Assembly (NCBI GenBank): GCA_029937635.1
Contig: JAPYPM010000004.1
Coordinates: 1-26,507 of the forward strand
Source: Nitrospinaceae bacterium
Lineage (GTDB): Bacteria; Nitrospinota; Nitrospinia; Nitrospinales; VA-1
DNA length: 26,507 nucleotides
Reading direction: 5' to 3'
Below are positions 8,938-17,687 of this stretch, piece after piece; the stretch's first letter is position 1; every line of letters starts with the position of its first letter. A program made the translations under genes and the position numbers. The notes beneath the pieces were generated by a model that was given only the letters and a program-made list of their open reading frames with translations, was not told the DNA's origin and did no database searches.

Positions 8938-9825
8938 ATGCATAAGATAAATGAAATTTGCAAGGACGGCAAATCTTTACCCTTAAGTACAGGAGGGAAT
9001 TTAAGAGTCGTTTTTTTGGGAGTTGGATCCGCTTTTACAAAGCGTAACCGGCAATCCAATTTTCTAATTATACAGAAAAATCATCACGTTTTAGTAGATT
9101 GTGGCACTCTTGGGTCCTTAGCTCTTGATGATGTTGGATTAAGTGTAAGTGAAGTACAATGTTATCTCCCAACCCACAGTCATGCCGATCATATCGGAGG
9201 TTTTGAGGAAGTTGCTTTAGTTAATCGCTACCTTTCAAACTCCTCTAATAAACCGAAAATGGTTATCCCGAAAGACTATCAACATTTACTTTGGACTAAG
9301 AGTCTTGCTGGGGGATTAGAGTTTTGTGAGGTTTCGCAAGGTAAACCACTCGAGTTAACAGATTTTTTTGATATTCTTCGTCCAAAAGAAACGGAATTAC
9401 TTGGAAGAAAAGTTTGGTCTTATAAGCATGGACCGATGGAATTGGTTCTCATGCGGTCACGCCATATCCCAGATTCTGCGATTAATATTGATGAGGCGCA
9501 ATGGTGTACTGGAATTTTGATAAATAGGAGAGTATGGATTTCTGGAGATACTATGTTTGATAAAGACTATCCTAATCAGTTTTCGAGATTATCAGAAGTG
9601 ATGTTCCACGATTGTCAAATATTTCAAGGCGGAGTTCATGCGTCCTATCATGAGCTGATGACACTACCTAATGAGATACGTTCTAAAATATATCTATATC
9701 ACTACAATGATAATTGGGACAAGCCAAAAACTTGGGTTAAAGATTCAGATAATTTTACAGGTGATCCTATCAAAGACGGATTTCTGGGTTGGGCCAATCA
9801 ACAAGTAGCGTACGACTTTGAATAG
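8938..9825 (+). CDS. MBL-fold metallo-hydrolase, probable (cyclic) nucleotide phosphodiesterase, Apyc1-like
   Basis: FLGVGSAF, LVDCG, THSHADHIGG (HxHxDH), RHIP, SGDT, FHDCQ, VHASYHEL, YHYND. All expected metal ligands are present. Confidence 0.85.
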   Translation: MHKINEICKDGKSLPLSTGGNLRVVFLGVGSAFTKRNRQSNFLIIQKNHHVLVDCGTLGSLALDDVGLSVSEVQCYLPTHSHADHIGGFEEVALVNRYLSNSSNKPKMVIPKDYQHLLWTKSLAGGLEFCEVSQGKPLELTDFFDILRPKETELLGRKVWSYKHGPMELVLMRSRHIPDSAINIDEAQWCTGILINRRVWISGDTMFDKDYPNQFSRLSEVMFHDCQIFQGGVHASYHELMTLPNEIRSKIYLYHYNDNWDKPKTWVKDSDNFTGDPIKDGFLGWANQQVAYDFE

Positions 9826-9928
9826 TCTTGGCATAAAAAATCTGTTGAATGCTGAAAATAAGAGAACAGACCTAGAATAGATTGCTTGATTATAGAAAAA
9901 AATATAGAAACTTTCATAGCTAAGCGCA

Positions 9929-11977
9929 GTGTCCCCTAAATTTTTGTCACCTATCCCAAAATCAATCTTATTAAGTTTTATTGCAGTTATTATCCTAGGT
10001 ACAGTCATTAGACTGGTGGCTATTTCTGTTCCCTTATATGGAGATGAACTAGCAACAATATCGATTTGGGCAAGCATGCCTCTTCTAGATATTCCCACGC
10101 ATTATGAATATCCAAACAATCATATTTTTCACACTCTCGTCGTCGCTACAATATTTAAGATATTTGGGTTAGACCCATTTTTAATACGTACTCCAGTTCT
10201 AATTTGTGGGATTGGGAGTATAGCGTTAGCGTTTTTTACCACTCATCGAATTACGCGAAACTTTCATGCTGGGCTAGCAGTTTCATTACTAATTGCAATT
10301 AATGGTGGTCATATTTTTTATTCGACAAATGCAAGGGGATATATGTTGATTCTCCTTATTGGGCAGTATATTTTTCACCGTTTGATCGTCTGGATAGATG
10401 AATCTAAAGATTCTTTAAGAGGCTCTAAGGAATTTTTTAATTTAAAAGAACTTTCTGTATTAGCAGGGCTTATGATGATTGGCACTTGGACACTACCTAC
10501 ATTTGTATTTTTTGAGGGATCATTGGGTTTATTTTTTCTTATATCCATTGTTCTATCAAAGCCTAGTCGATGGTTAGATCTTTCAAGTCCATATTTTAAA
10601 AACCTTATAGTGCTAATGATTTGCTTATTAGGTTTGTATGTACAGTATTTTATTTTAATTTCACCAGAAATGTTTAAGCTTGGTTTGTCTAATGCGGCCC
10701 AGTCAGAATTGAGATCTTTTCCTATATCCGTTTTAATTAGTTGGATTCAACCAATTAAATCTGGTGAAATATTTACTATTATATTAGTAGTAATTGGATT
10801 CTTTACCTTGCTTCATACCAATAGAGCAACATTTATATTAGTTGTTTGTTTATTAGTGTTTCCTCCCGTAGTTTCGTATCTAGCCAGTCTTTCAGGTTTG
10901 ATTGAAATAACTCCACACTCAAGAGTATTTTTTTATCTACAACCAATATTTATATTGTGTTCAGTTATTGGTGCCTTAGGGATCTTTAATAAAATGCGAA
11001 ATAAATTAGAAGAATCAGCAGGTAAAATAGTTATAGGTTCGATTTTGATCCTAGTCACATTTATGTCAGGCAAAGAATTACTTCAGGTAACTTGGCCAGG
11101 CAGGTTCTCCTATCAACGACTTGACATTGTTGCGAAATTTGTAAAAGATTTAGGAACTAATGATTTAATTGTATTATCTCGACGTCCACATATCGAATAT
11201 TATTTGTATGGTGGAAAGGAAACAACAAAGCGCGTTAATAAAATTATAAACGAAGGAAAGTTGGGGGATATTTATTTTGTAGAGTATGGCGAAGAAGCCG
11301 AATCAGATACATTAAAGATTAATGAGGAAGGTATAGAGTATTTGCACTTAAATGATTACCTTCAAGTTACAAAAACAAAGGGAAAGTCAGAAAGTATTAT
11401 AATACCTATAAAATTATTTATATCGGAACAACGTATTGGGAACTTTACATTTCGTAAAGTAAATCCAGAGTTTATATTTAATAACTATGTTTTAAGATCA
11501 CCAGCAGATTTAAAGAGATGGCATAATAGGCTTAATTCTGCACCGGTAAAATTAGAACCTCCTTCTATGCATCCGGGAGGATTGCCTGCATTAAAGGTTT
11601 TAGAATCAAGTATTTTAATAGCCAAGAAAGAAGATCAGTTAAATGACACCTTTTTTTCAATTAATATTAATTTGATATCTTCCGAACGAAATTTAGGGAA
11701 AAAAGTTTCTTATCTTCATGCGGTTGAAGAGGGCGGGAAGTATGTTTATAAGAATGCATGGTTATTGAATGAGTGGATATTGGATCATCCTTATGGCCCA
11801 CATATTCTAAACTTAGATTGGCAGACAAAAATATTTATCACGGAAGGAAGACAACCTGTGGAAATTATTAGAACACAAAAATTAGAACAAGGAGAATCTG
11901 GTCGCCTGCGTGGTATTCAGAGTTACAGATTAGTTATGAAGAAAAACAAACTAAAGTCTGATAGAGATAAATTATGA
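9929..11977 (+). CDS. GT-C fold integral membrane glycosyltransferase (ArnT/PMT-like) with soluble C-terminal domain
   Basis: GTG start. First TM helix is followed by the loop LYGDE (conserved DE pair), then IRTPVLICG and FYSTNARGY. About 10 or more hydrophobic segments up to about aa 385, then a hydrophilic tail of about 300 aa. ATGA overlap with hldD. Confidence 0.72.
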   Translation: MSPKFLSPIPKSILLSFIAVIILGTVIRLVAISVPLYGDELATISIWASMPLLDIPTHYEYPNNHIFHTLVVATIFKIFGLDPFLIRTPVLICGIGSIALAFFTTHRITRNFHAGLAVSLLIAINGGHIFYSTNARGYMLILLIGQYIFHRLIVWIDESKDSLRGSKEFFNLKELSVLAGLMMIGTWTLPTFVFFEGSLGLFFLISIVLSKPSRWLDLSSPYFKNLIVLMICLLGLYVQYFILISPEMFKLGLSNAAQSELRSFPISVLISWIQPIKSGEIFTIILVVIGFFTLLHTNRATFILVVCLLVFPPVVSYLASLSGLIEITPHSRVFFYLQPIFILCSVIGALGIFNKMRNKLEESAGKIVIGSILILVTFMSGKELLQVTWPGRFSYQRLDIVAKFVKDLGTNDLIVLSRRPHIEYYLYGGKETTKRVNKIINEGKLGDIYFVEYGEEAESDTLKINEEGIEYLHLNDYLQVTKTKGKSESIIIPIKLFISEQRIGNFTFRKVNPEFIFNNYVLRSPADLKRWHNRLNSAPVKLEPPSMHPGGLPALKVLESSILIAKKEDQLNDTFFSININLISSERNLGKKVSYLHAVEEGGKYVYKNAWLLNEWILDHPYGPHILNLDWQTKIFITEGRQPVEIIRTQKLEQGESGRLRGIQSYRLVMKKNKLKSDRDKL

Positions 11978-12945
11978 TTGTTGTAACTGGTGGTGCAGGT
12001 TTTATTGGGAGTGCTATCGCTCAAGAATTAAATATAAGAGGAAGGAAAGATATCATTATAGTTGATGATATTGATCACTTTGAAAAAGAAAAAAATATTG
12101 CATCAATCAAATATAAAGAATTAAGAGGAAAGGATCTTTTTTTAAAGAAGGTCCTAAGTCGAGAAATAGATTCAATAGAGATGATAATTCACATGGGAGC
12201 CTGTTCTTCAACGACAGAAACCGATGAAAAATTTCTTACAAAAAATAATTACCATTATACACGGCATCTTGCAACTTATGCCTTGGAAAAAGATGTTCGT
12301 TTTATTTATGCTTCAAGTGCTGCAACTTATGGAAATGGAGAAATAGGTTATAGCGATGACGAATCAAAACTTAATACATTAAAGCCACTTAACTTATATG
12401 GTGAAAGTAAACATAAGTTTGATCTGTGGGTAAAAAGCCAAGGTGTTCTTGATCGTGTTGTAGGCCTAAAATATTTTAATATTTTTGGACCAAATGAGTA
12501 CCATAAGGGAAATATGCAAAGCATGGTGATAAAAGGATTTATTCAGGCAAGGGAAAAAAATAAAATTTGTCTATTTAAATCATATCAAAAAGAATATCAG
12601 GATGGTGACCAGGAGAGAGATTTTCTTTACATAAAAGATGCAGTTAAGATGACTTTATTTTTTCTAGACCATCCAACTATTGGTGGGATTTTTAATATTG
12701 GATCCGGTAAGGCTAGAAATTGGAACGATCTCGCGGCAACAATTTTTAAAGCAATGGGTAGAGATCCTAAAATTGAATATATTCCAATGCCAGAAACTAT
12801 TCGTAATCAATACCAGTACCATACCTGTGCAGAAACCCAAAAGCTTCTCGAAGCTGGCTATACTTTGCCGATAAACTCTATAGAAGAGGGTATTATAGAT
12901 TATGTTAAAAACTATCTTATACCTAATAAGCGACTAGGAAATTAG
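11974..12945 (+). CDS. hldD: ADP-L-glycero-D-manno-heptose 6-epimerase
   Basis: MIVVTGGAGFIGS, HMGACSSTTE, YASSAATYG, PLNLYGESK (YxxxK), GLKYFNIFGPNEYHKGNMQSMV, RDFLYIKD, YQYHTCA. Confidence 0.95.
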   Translation: MIVVTGGAGFIGSAIAQELNIRGRKDIIIVDDIDHFEKEKNIASIKYKELRGKDLFLKKVLSREIDSIEMIIHMGACSSTTETDEKFLTKNNYHYTRHLATYALEKDVRFIYASSAATYGNGEIGYSDDESKLNTLKPLNLYGESKHKFDLWVKSQGVLDRVVGLKYFNIFGPNEYHKGNMQSMVIKGFIQAREKNKICLFKSYQKEYQDGDQERDFLYIKDAVKMTLFFLDHPTIGGIFNIGSGKARNWNDLAATIFKAMGRDPKIEYIPMPETIRNQYQYHTCAETQKLLEAGYTLPINSIEEGIIDYVKNYLIPNKRLGN

Positions 12946-12975
12946 TCTAAAGATTGGATGCCAAGTATTTGGATT

Positions 12976-14445
12976 CTAATTGGACTTGTGGTTTTCAAGA
13001 ATTTTTGTAACTATATTTGTTGTTGAAAGTCCTTTAACAATAGGGATGAGTTCTACTTTTGCACCATAACCTTCGACAATTTCACGCCCAGCGATTTCAT
13101 CTATATTATAGTCATTTCCTTTGACAAGAATATCTGGACGTACTTGGCGAATGATTTCTTCCGGCGTATTTTCATCAAAAATAGTAATGTAGTCGACGAA
13201 TTTCAATGCAGAGATAATATTCGCACGTTCTTTTTCTGTCTTGATCGGGCGACCATTCCCTTTAATGGCTTTAACAGACCTATCGCTATTGAGCCCAACC
13301 ACTAAAAGGTCTCCTTTTTCTCGGGCCTTTTGTAAAAATTCAATATGTCCTCCATGAATAAGATCAAAACAGCCGTTAGTGAATACAACTATTTTACCCA
13401 CACTCTTTGCAAGGCTAACAGTTTTGGTTAGTTCTTCTAGATTCAGCACAGATTTTGAGGTACGGAGCATTTCTTCATCAAGATATTCATCAATTTCAGC
13501 TAAGGAAACAACAGCGGTTCCCACTTTACCAACAACAATACTAGCAGCTATATTAGATAAACAAGCCGAATCTTGATAATTGAGCCCAATAGCTAGGGCC
13601 ATAGCAAGAACAGAAACGACCGTATCACCAGCTCCGGTAACATCAAAAACTTCTTTTGCTTGAGTAGGAATATCAATCGGATTTTCTTTATTTGGATAAA
13701 GAGTCATGCCGTCCTTACCCCGAGTGATCAAAATTAACTCTGCATGAGTTAGGTTTAATAGGTATTCAGCTGCACGGTCTAAATCTATTTTATCAACAAT
13801 TTTAATGGGGACAGCTTTTTCTACCTCAAATTGGTTAGGAGTGATAATAGTTGCTCCTTTATATAATTCAAAATTAGAGCTTTTAGGATCAACGAGAACT
13901 CGTTTTTTTGAATTACTAGCCCTATGTATTATAGCGCTAAAAACCTTTTCTGTAAGAATGCCTTTGCGATAGTCTGAGCAAATCACAATATCCATATCAG
14001 GCAGAGTTTTATTGATAAACTTGATAATTTTATGCTCAGTTTCTTCTGTAATAGGCCGATTATCTTCTTTATCAATGCGAAGAATTTGTTGGTTATGACC
14101 AATAACTCTAATTTTAGATGTGGTGGGTCTGTACACAAAACGGAAAATACCCTGAGATGTTATTTTTTTTTCTTCTACAAGAGAGAGTAATTTGTCACCT
14201 TTTTCATCGTTACCTATTGCTCCGACAAGATAAACTTCGCATCCAAGAGCAACAAGGTTATTAGCAACATTTGCAGCACCCCCTAAAGTCAGATTCTCTG
14301 ATTTAGTTTCAAGTATAGGTACCGGTGCTTCTGGGGATATACGGCTGACTGAACCCCATATATACTCATCGAGAATAAGGTCACCTACAACCATGATTCG
14401 AGGTTGATGTTCGCTTTCAAGAAAATCTTTAAATTTTGTTTTCAT
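12976..14445 (-). CDS. hldE: Bifunctional heptose 7-phosphate kinase / heptose 1-phosphate adenylyltransferase
   Basis: N-terminal ribokinase-like domain (VVGDLILDEY, RISPEAPVP, GGAANVA, DVTGAGDTV). C-terminal cytidylyltransferase-like domain (FTNGCFDLIHGGH, VVGLNSD, LVKGNDY). Overlaps gmhA by 17 nt. Confidence 0.96.
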   Translation of the reverse strand: MKTKFKDFLESEHQPRIMVVGDLILDEYIWGSVSRISPEAPVPILETKSENLTLGGAANVANNLVALGCEVYLVGAIGNDEKGDKLLSLVEEKKITSQGIFRFVYRPTTSKIRVIGHNQQILRIDKEDNRPITEETEHKIIKFINKTLPDMDIVICSDYRKGILTEKVFSAIIHRASNSKKRVLVDPKSSNFELYKGATIITPNQFEVEKAVPIKIVDKIDLDRAAEYLLNLTHAELILITRGKDGMTLYPNKENPIDIPTQAKEVFDVTGAGDTVVSVLAMALAIGLNYQDSACLSNIAASIVVGKVGTAVVSLAEIDEYLDEEMLRTSKSVLNLEELTKTVSLAKSVGKIVVFTNGCFDLIHGGHIEFLQKAREKGDLLVVGLNSDRSVKAIKGNGRPIKTEKERANIISALKFVDYITIFDENTPEEIIRQVRPDILVKGNDYNIDEIAGREIVEGYGAKVELIPIVKGLSTTNIVTKILENHKSN

Positions 14446-15007
14446 TTATGAGATCTTGTTCAATGATTTCGCAAATAATATGACCGACCGTGATATGTAC
14501 TTCTTGAATGCGTGCCGTGTCATTGGATGGAACTATAATACCGATGTCAACACAATCTTTCATATTTCCCCCCTCGTGACCCATAAGACCTATCGTTTTG
14601 GAGCCTAACTTTCGAGCAAGTTTGAGTGCAAGAATTACATTTTTAGAATTACCACTAGTACTTATCCCAACTACGGCGTCATTTGGAGTTGCAAGCGCTT
14701 CAATTTGACGAGAAAAAATGGTCTCAAATCCATAATCATTTCCAAGAGCAGTCAATGAGGAAGAGTCAACAGTTAAAGCAAGTGCAGGTATTGCTTTACG
14801 CTCTTTTTTAAACCGTCCAATCAATTCGGCTGCAATGTGTTGGGAGTCAGCAGCACTTCCGCCGTTACCCATTAGAAGTAATTTACCTCCATTAGATAAA
14901 CAATCTCTTATGGTATGGGCAGCCTTCAAGATTTCACCAGCCAAGGTATCGGCAACTTGGTATTTCAAATCACCGCTATCTTTTAAAAATTTTCTTACAC
15001 GATCCAT
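14429..15007 (-). CDS. gmhA: D-sedoheptulose 7-phosphate isomerase
   Basis: GNGGSAADSQHIAAELIGRF, TALGNDYGFETIFSRQ, GISTSGNS, TARIQEVH. Confidence 0.96.
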   Translation of the reverse strand: MDRVRKFLKDSGDLKYQVADTLAGEILKAAHTIRDCLSNGGKLLLMGNGGSAADSQHIAAELIGRFKKERKAIPALALTVDSSSLTALGNDYGFETIFSRQIEALATPNDAVVGISTSGNSKNVILALKLARKLGSKTIGLMGHEGGNMKDCVDIGIIVPSNDTARIQEVHITVGHIICEIIEQDLINENKI

Positions 15008-15066
15008 TAAATTATAAATATAGTTAAAAAAGTTATTAGTTTTTTATTATGATTGAAAAAATTAAC

Positions 15067-16020
15067 TTATTTTTCTTTAGTGGTTTTAATGTCTAGTTGG
15101 GTTTTAAAATAATCTATGGTTGCCTTCAGCCCTTCATCTAATTGAACATGCGGTTTCCAGCCTAAATATTTTATTGCTTTATCTATGTTAGGTTGTCGAA
15201 CTTTTGGGTCATCCTTTGGCAAAGGAAGATATGAGATTTTACTATGACTTCCGGTAGCTTGCAAAATTTTATCAGCCATTTGCTGAATTGTCATCTCAAT
15301 AGGATTTCCAATATTAGTCGGGTCGTTAATATTAGACATCAGTAATCTATAGATTCCTTCTATTAGATCGGAGACGTAGCAAAAACTTCTTGTCTGAGAT
15401 CCATCTCCAAATGTAGTGATTTCATTTCCTGTAAGCGCTTGTTTAATAAAATTTGGTATTGCCCTTCCATCGTTAAGACGCATACGGGGACCATAAGTAT
15501 TGAAAATTCTAACAATTTTGGTGTCGATATTATGGTAGCGGTGGTAAGCCATTGTAATGGCTTCCGCAAAGCGCTTTGCCTCATCGTAGACTCCTCGTGG
15601 GCCAACCGGATTAACATTACCCCAATAATCTTCTCTTTGTGGGTGAATTAAAGGATCTCCGTATACTTCAGAAGTAGAGGCAATTAGCAAAACGGACTTC
15701 TTTTTTTTAGCTAAACCAAGTACATTGTGAGTGCCTAGAGAGCCAACTTTTAATGTTGGTATAGGATGCTCAAGATAGTCGATAGGGCTTGCGGGCGAAG
15801 CAAAATGTAAGATGTAATCTAACGGTCCATCAATATTAATAAATTTGGTGACGTTGTGTTCAATAAAATTGAATCGATCATTTTTAATATGTTTTATATT
15901 TGAAAGGGACCCAGTAATCAGGTTGTCCATACAAATAACTTCATGGTCCTTATTTAATAGATAGTCACATAAATGAGAACCAAGAAATCCAGCGCCTCCG
16001 GTAATCAAAGTTCGGTGCAT
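15067..16020 (-). CDS. UDP-glucuronic acid decarboxylase (UDP-xylose synthase) family SDR
   Basis: [79 protein letters not shown]. Confidence 0.9.
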   Translation of the reverse strand: MHRTLITGGAGFLGSHLCDYLLNKDHEVICMDNLITGSLSNIKHIKNDRFNFIEHNVTKFINIDGPLDYILHFASPASPIDYLEHPIPTLKVGSLGTHNVLGLAKKKKSVLLIASTSEVYGDPLIHPQREDYWGNVNPVGPRGVYDEAKRFAEAITMAYHRYHNIDTKIVRIFNTYGPRMRLNDGRAIPNFIKQALTGNEITTFGDGSQTRSFCYVSDLIEGIYRLLMSNINDPTNIGNPIEMTIQQMADKILQATGSHSKISYLPLPKDDPKVRQPNIDKAIKYLGWKPHVQLDEGLKATIDYFKTQLDIKTTKEK

Positions 16021-16049
16021 AGTTTTTTCTCGTTAGTTAAAGACTAATT

Positions 16050-16994
16050 TTAAAGTGAAGATTTTTTTTCAAACTTACTTCCTATAATTAATTTGTGTCC
16101 AGCTAAAAAGCTTTTTACGTCCATTCTCTTTTTACCTTCGGGTTGTAATTCTGTAATGATAATTTTTTTACTTTGGGTTCCAACCTCTATGCCATGACCA
16201 GAAATACGCAAAATAACACCTGGCTGATTAGACGAATCACAGTTTTTTATTTCAGTTTTACAGATTTTAAAACGTTTAGACTCTAAAAATGAAAATGCAC
16301 CTGGCCAGGGCGCAAGTCCGCGAACTAGATTGTGAATTTTAATAGCAGGTTGATTCCATTGTATCAAGCCATCTTCCTTTTTAAGTTTAGGGGCATAGGA
16401 AGCTAATTTTATGTTTTGGGAAGTCCCTTCCAATGATCCACAATCAAACTGGTTTAGTGTTTCCAAAACCAAATCAGAACCTTTTTGCGCTAAGGTATCG
16501 TGGAGGGACTGGGCATCATCGTCATCATTAATTGGAACTTTATGAGCGAGTAAAACATCACCTGTATCAAGCCCCGTATTCATTTTCATAGTAGTAATTC
16601 CTGTTTCTGTTTCTCCGTTAATGATAGACCAGTTAATGGGAGCAGCACCACGATATTTGGGTAGTAGAGAAGAGTGTAAATTTATACAGAAATGAAGCGG
16701 AAGAGCTAGCAAAGCTTGGTCTAAAATTTGACCGAATGCAACAACAATAAAAAAATCTGCGTTCAATATACCTAAGGTTTTTACAACCTCAAGATTCGTG
16801 CATTTTTTAGGTTGAAGTATGGGGATATTATTTTCTAATGCGAACTGTTTTACAGGAGGTGGAGTTGATTCACGACCTCGCCCCTTGGGTCGATCAGGTT
16901 GAGTGACTACTAATTGAACATTATGATGCGATCTATATAGTTTTTTTAGGGTGGGGATAGAAAATTCTGGAGTCCCCATAAATACAATATTCAT
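16050..16994 (-). CDS. fmt: Methionyl-tRNA formyltransferase
   Basis: VFMGTPEF, VVTQPDRPKGRG, INLHSSLLPKYRGAAPI, GLDTGD, C-terminal PWPGA domain. ATGA overlap with def. Confidence 0.96.
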   Translation of the reverse strand: MNIVFMGTPEFSIPTLKKLYRSHHNVQLVVTQPDRPKGRGRESTPPPVKQFALENNIPILQPKKCTNLEVVKTLGILNADFFIVVAFGQILDQALLALPLHFCINLHSSLLPKYRGAAPINWSIINGETETGITTMKMNTGLDTGDVLLAHKVPINDDDDAQSLHDTLAQKGSDLVLETLNQFDCGSLEGTSQNIKLASYAPKLKKEDGLIQWNQPAIKIHNLVRGLAPWPGAFSFLESKRFKICKTEIKNCDSSNQPGVILRISGHGIEVGTQSKKIIITELQPEGKKRMDVKSFLAGHKLIIGSKFEKKSSL

Positions 16995-17503
16995 GCTACT
17001 AATTCTTTAAGTTTTTTCTTGAACTTGCGTTGCATGATACTTCGTTTTACTTTGCTTAGATTATCCCAGAAAAGAATACCTTTTAAGTGGTCCATTTCAT
17101 GCTGAAATGCTCTGGCAAGAAAACCTTCGGCTTCGTAACGTAACGCGTCTCCTTTAAGATCGTAACCTTTAATTTCAACATGTTGGAAGCGATTAATCTC
17201 TGCAAAGACTTCAGGAATACTAAGGCAACCTTCTTCAGCCATGACTAATTCCTCCGAAGCAGTAATCACTGGATTAATAATAATAACTGGGTCACGTTTT
17301 TCTTTTTCAATACCCACATCAATAACGAAAAGATTAGAGGATACCCCCACTTGATTTGCAGCCAAACCTAATCCAGAGGCTGCATACATGGTTTCGATCA
17401 TGTTATCTGTTAACTTGACTAAAGTTTCATCGATATTTTCAACCTTCAGGCATTTTTTACGGAGTATCGAATCCGTGCAGTTGACAATTTTTAAAAGGGG
17501 CAT
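16991..17503 (-). CDS. def: Peptide deformylase
   Basis: GLGLAANQVG, EGCLS, QHEMDHLKG. Confidence 0.97.
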   Translation of the reverse strand: MPLLKIVNCTDSILRKKCLKVENIDETLVKLTDNMIETMYAASGLGLAANQVGVSSNLFVIDVGIEKEKRDPVIIINPVITASEELVMAEEGCLSIPEVFAEINRFQHVEIKGYDLKGDALRYEAEGFLARAFQHEMDHLKGILFWDNLSKVKRSIMQRKFKKKLKELVA

Positions 17504-17687
17504 GATTTTAAATAAGTGGAAAATTATAAAAGATATGCTACGTGATTTAATAACTATAAGTTATTAAGGTTAGTATTTTATTAAAAATTTTTTCATGGTC
17601 ATTCAGTTATTTATAGAAAATTTAAGTAATTTTGTCTTCAAGATACAGTAGAAGTTGAAAAAGAAAAGATTTTAGCTTCAAAGCTCT

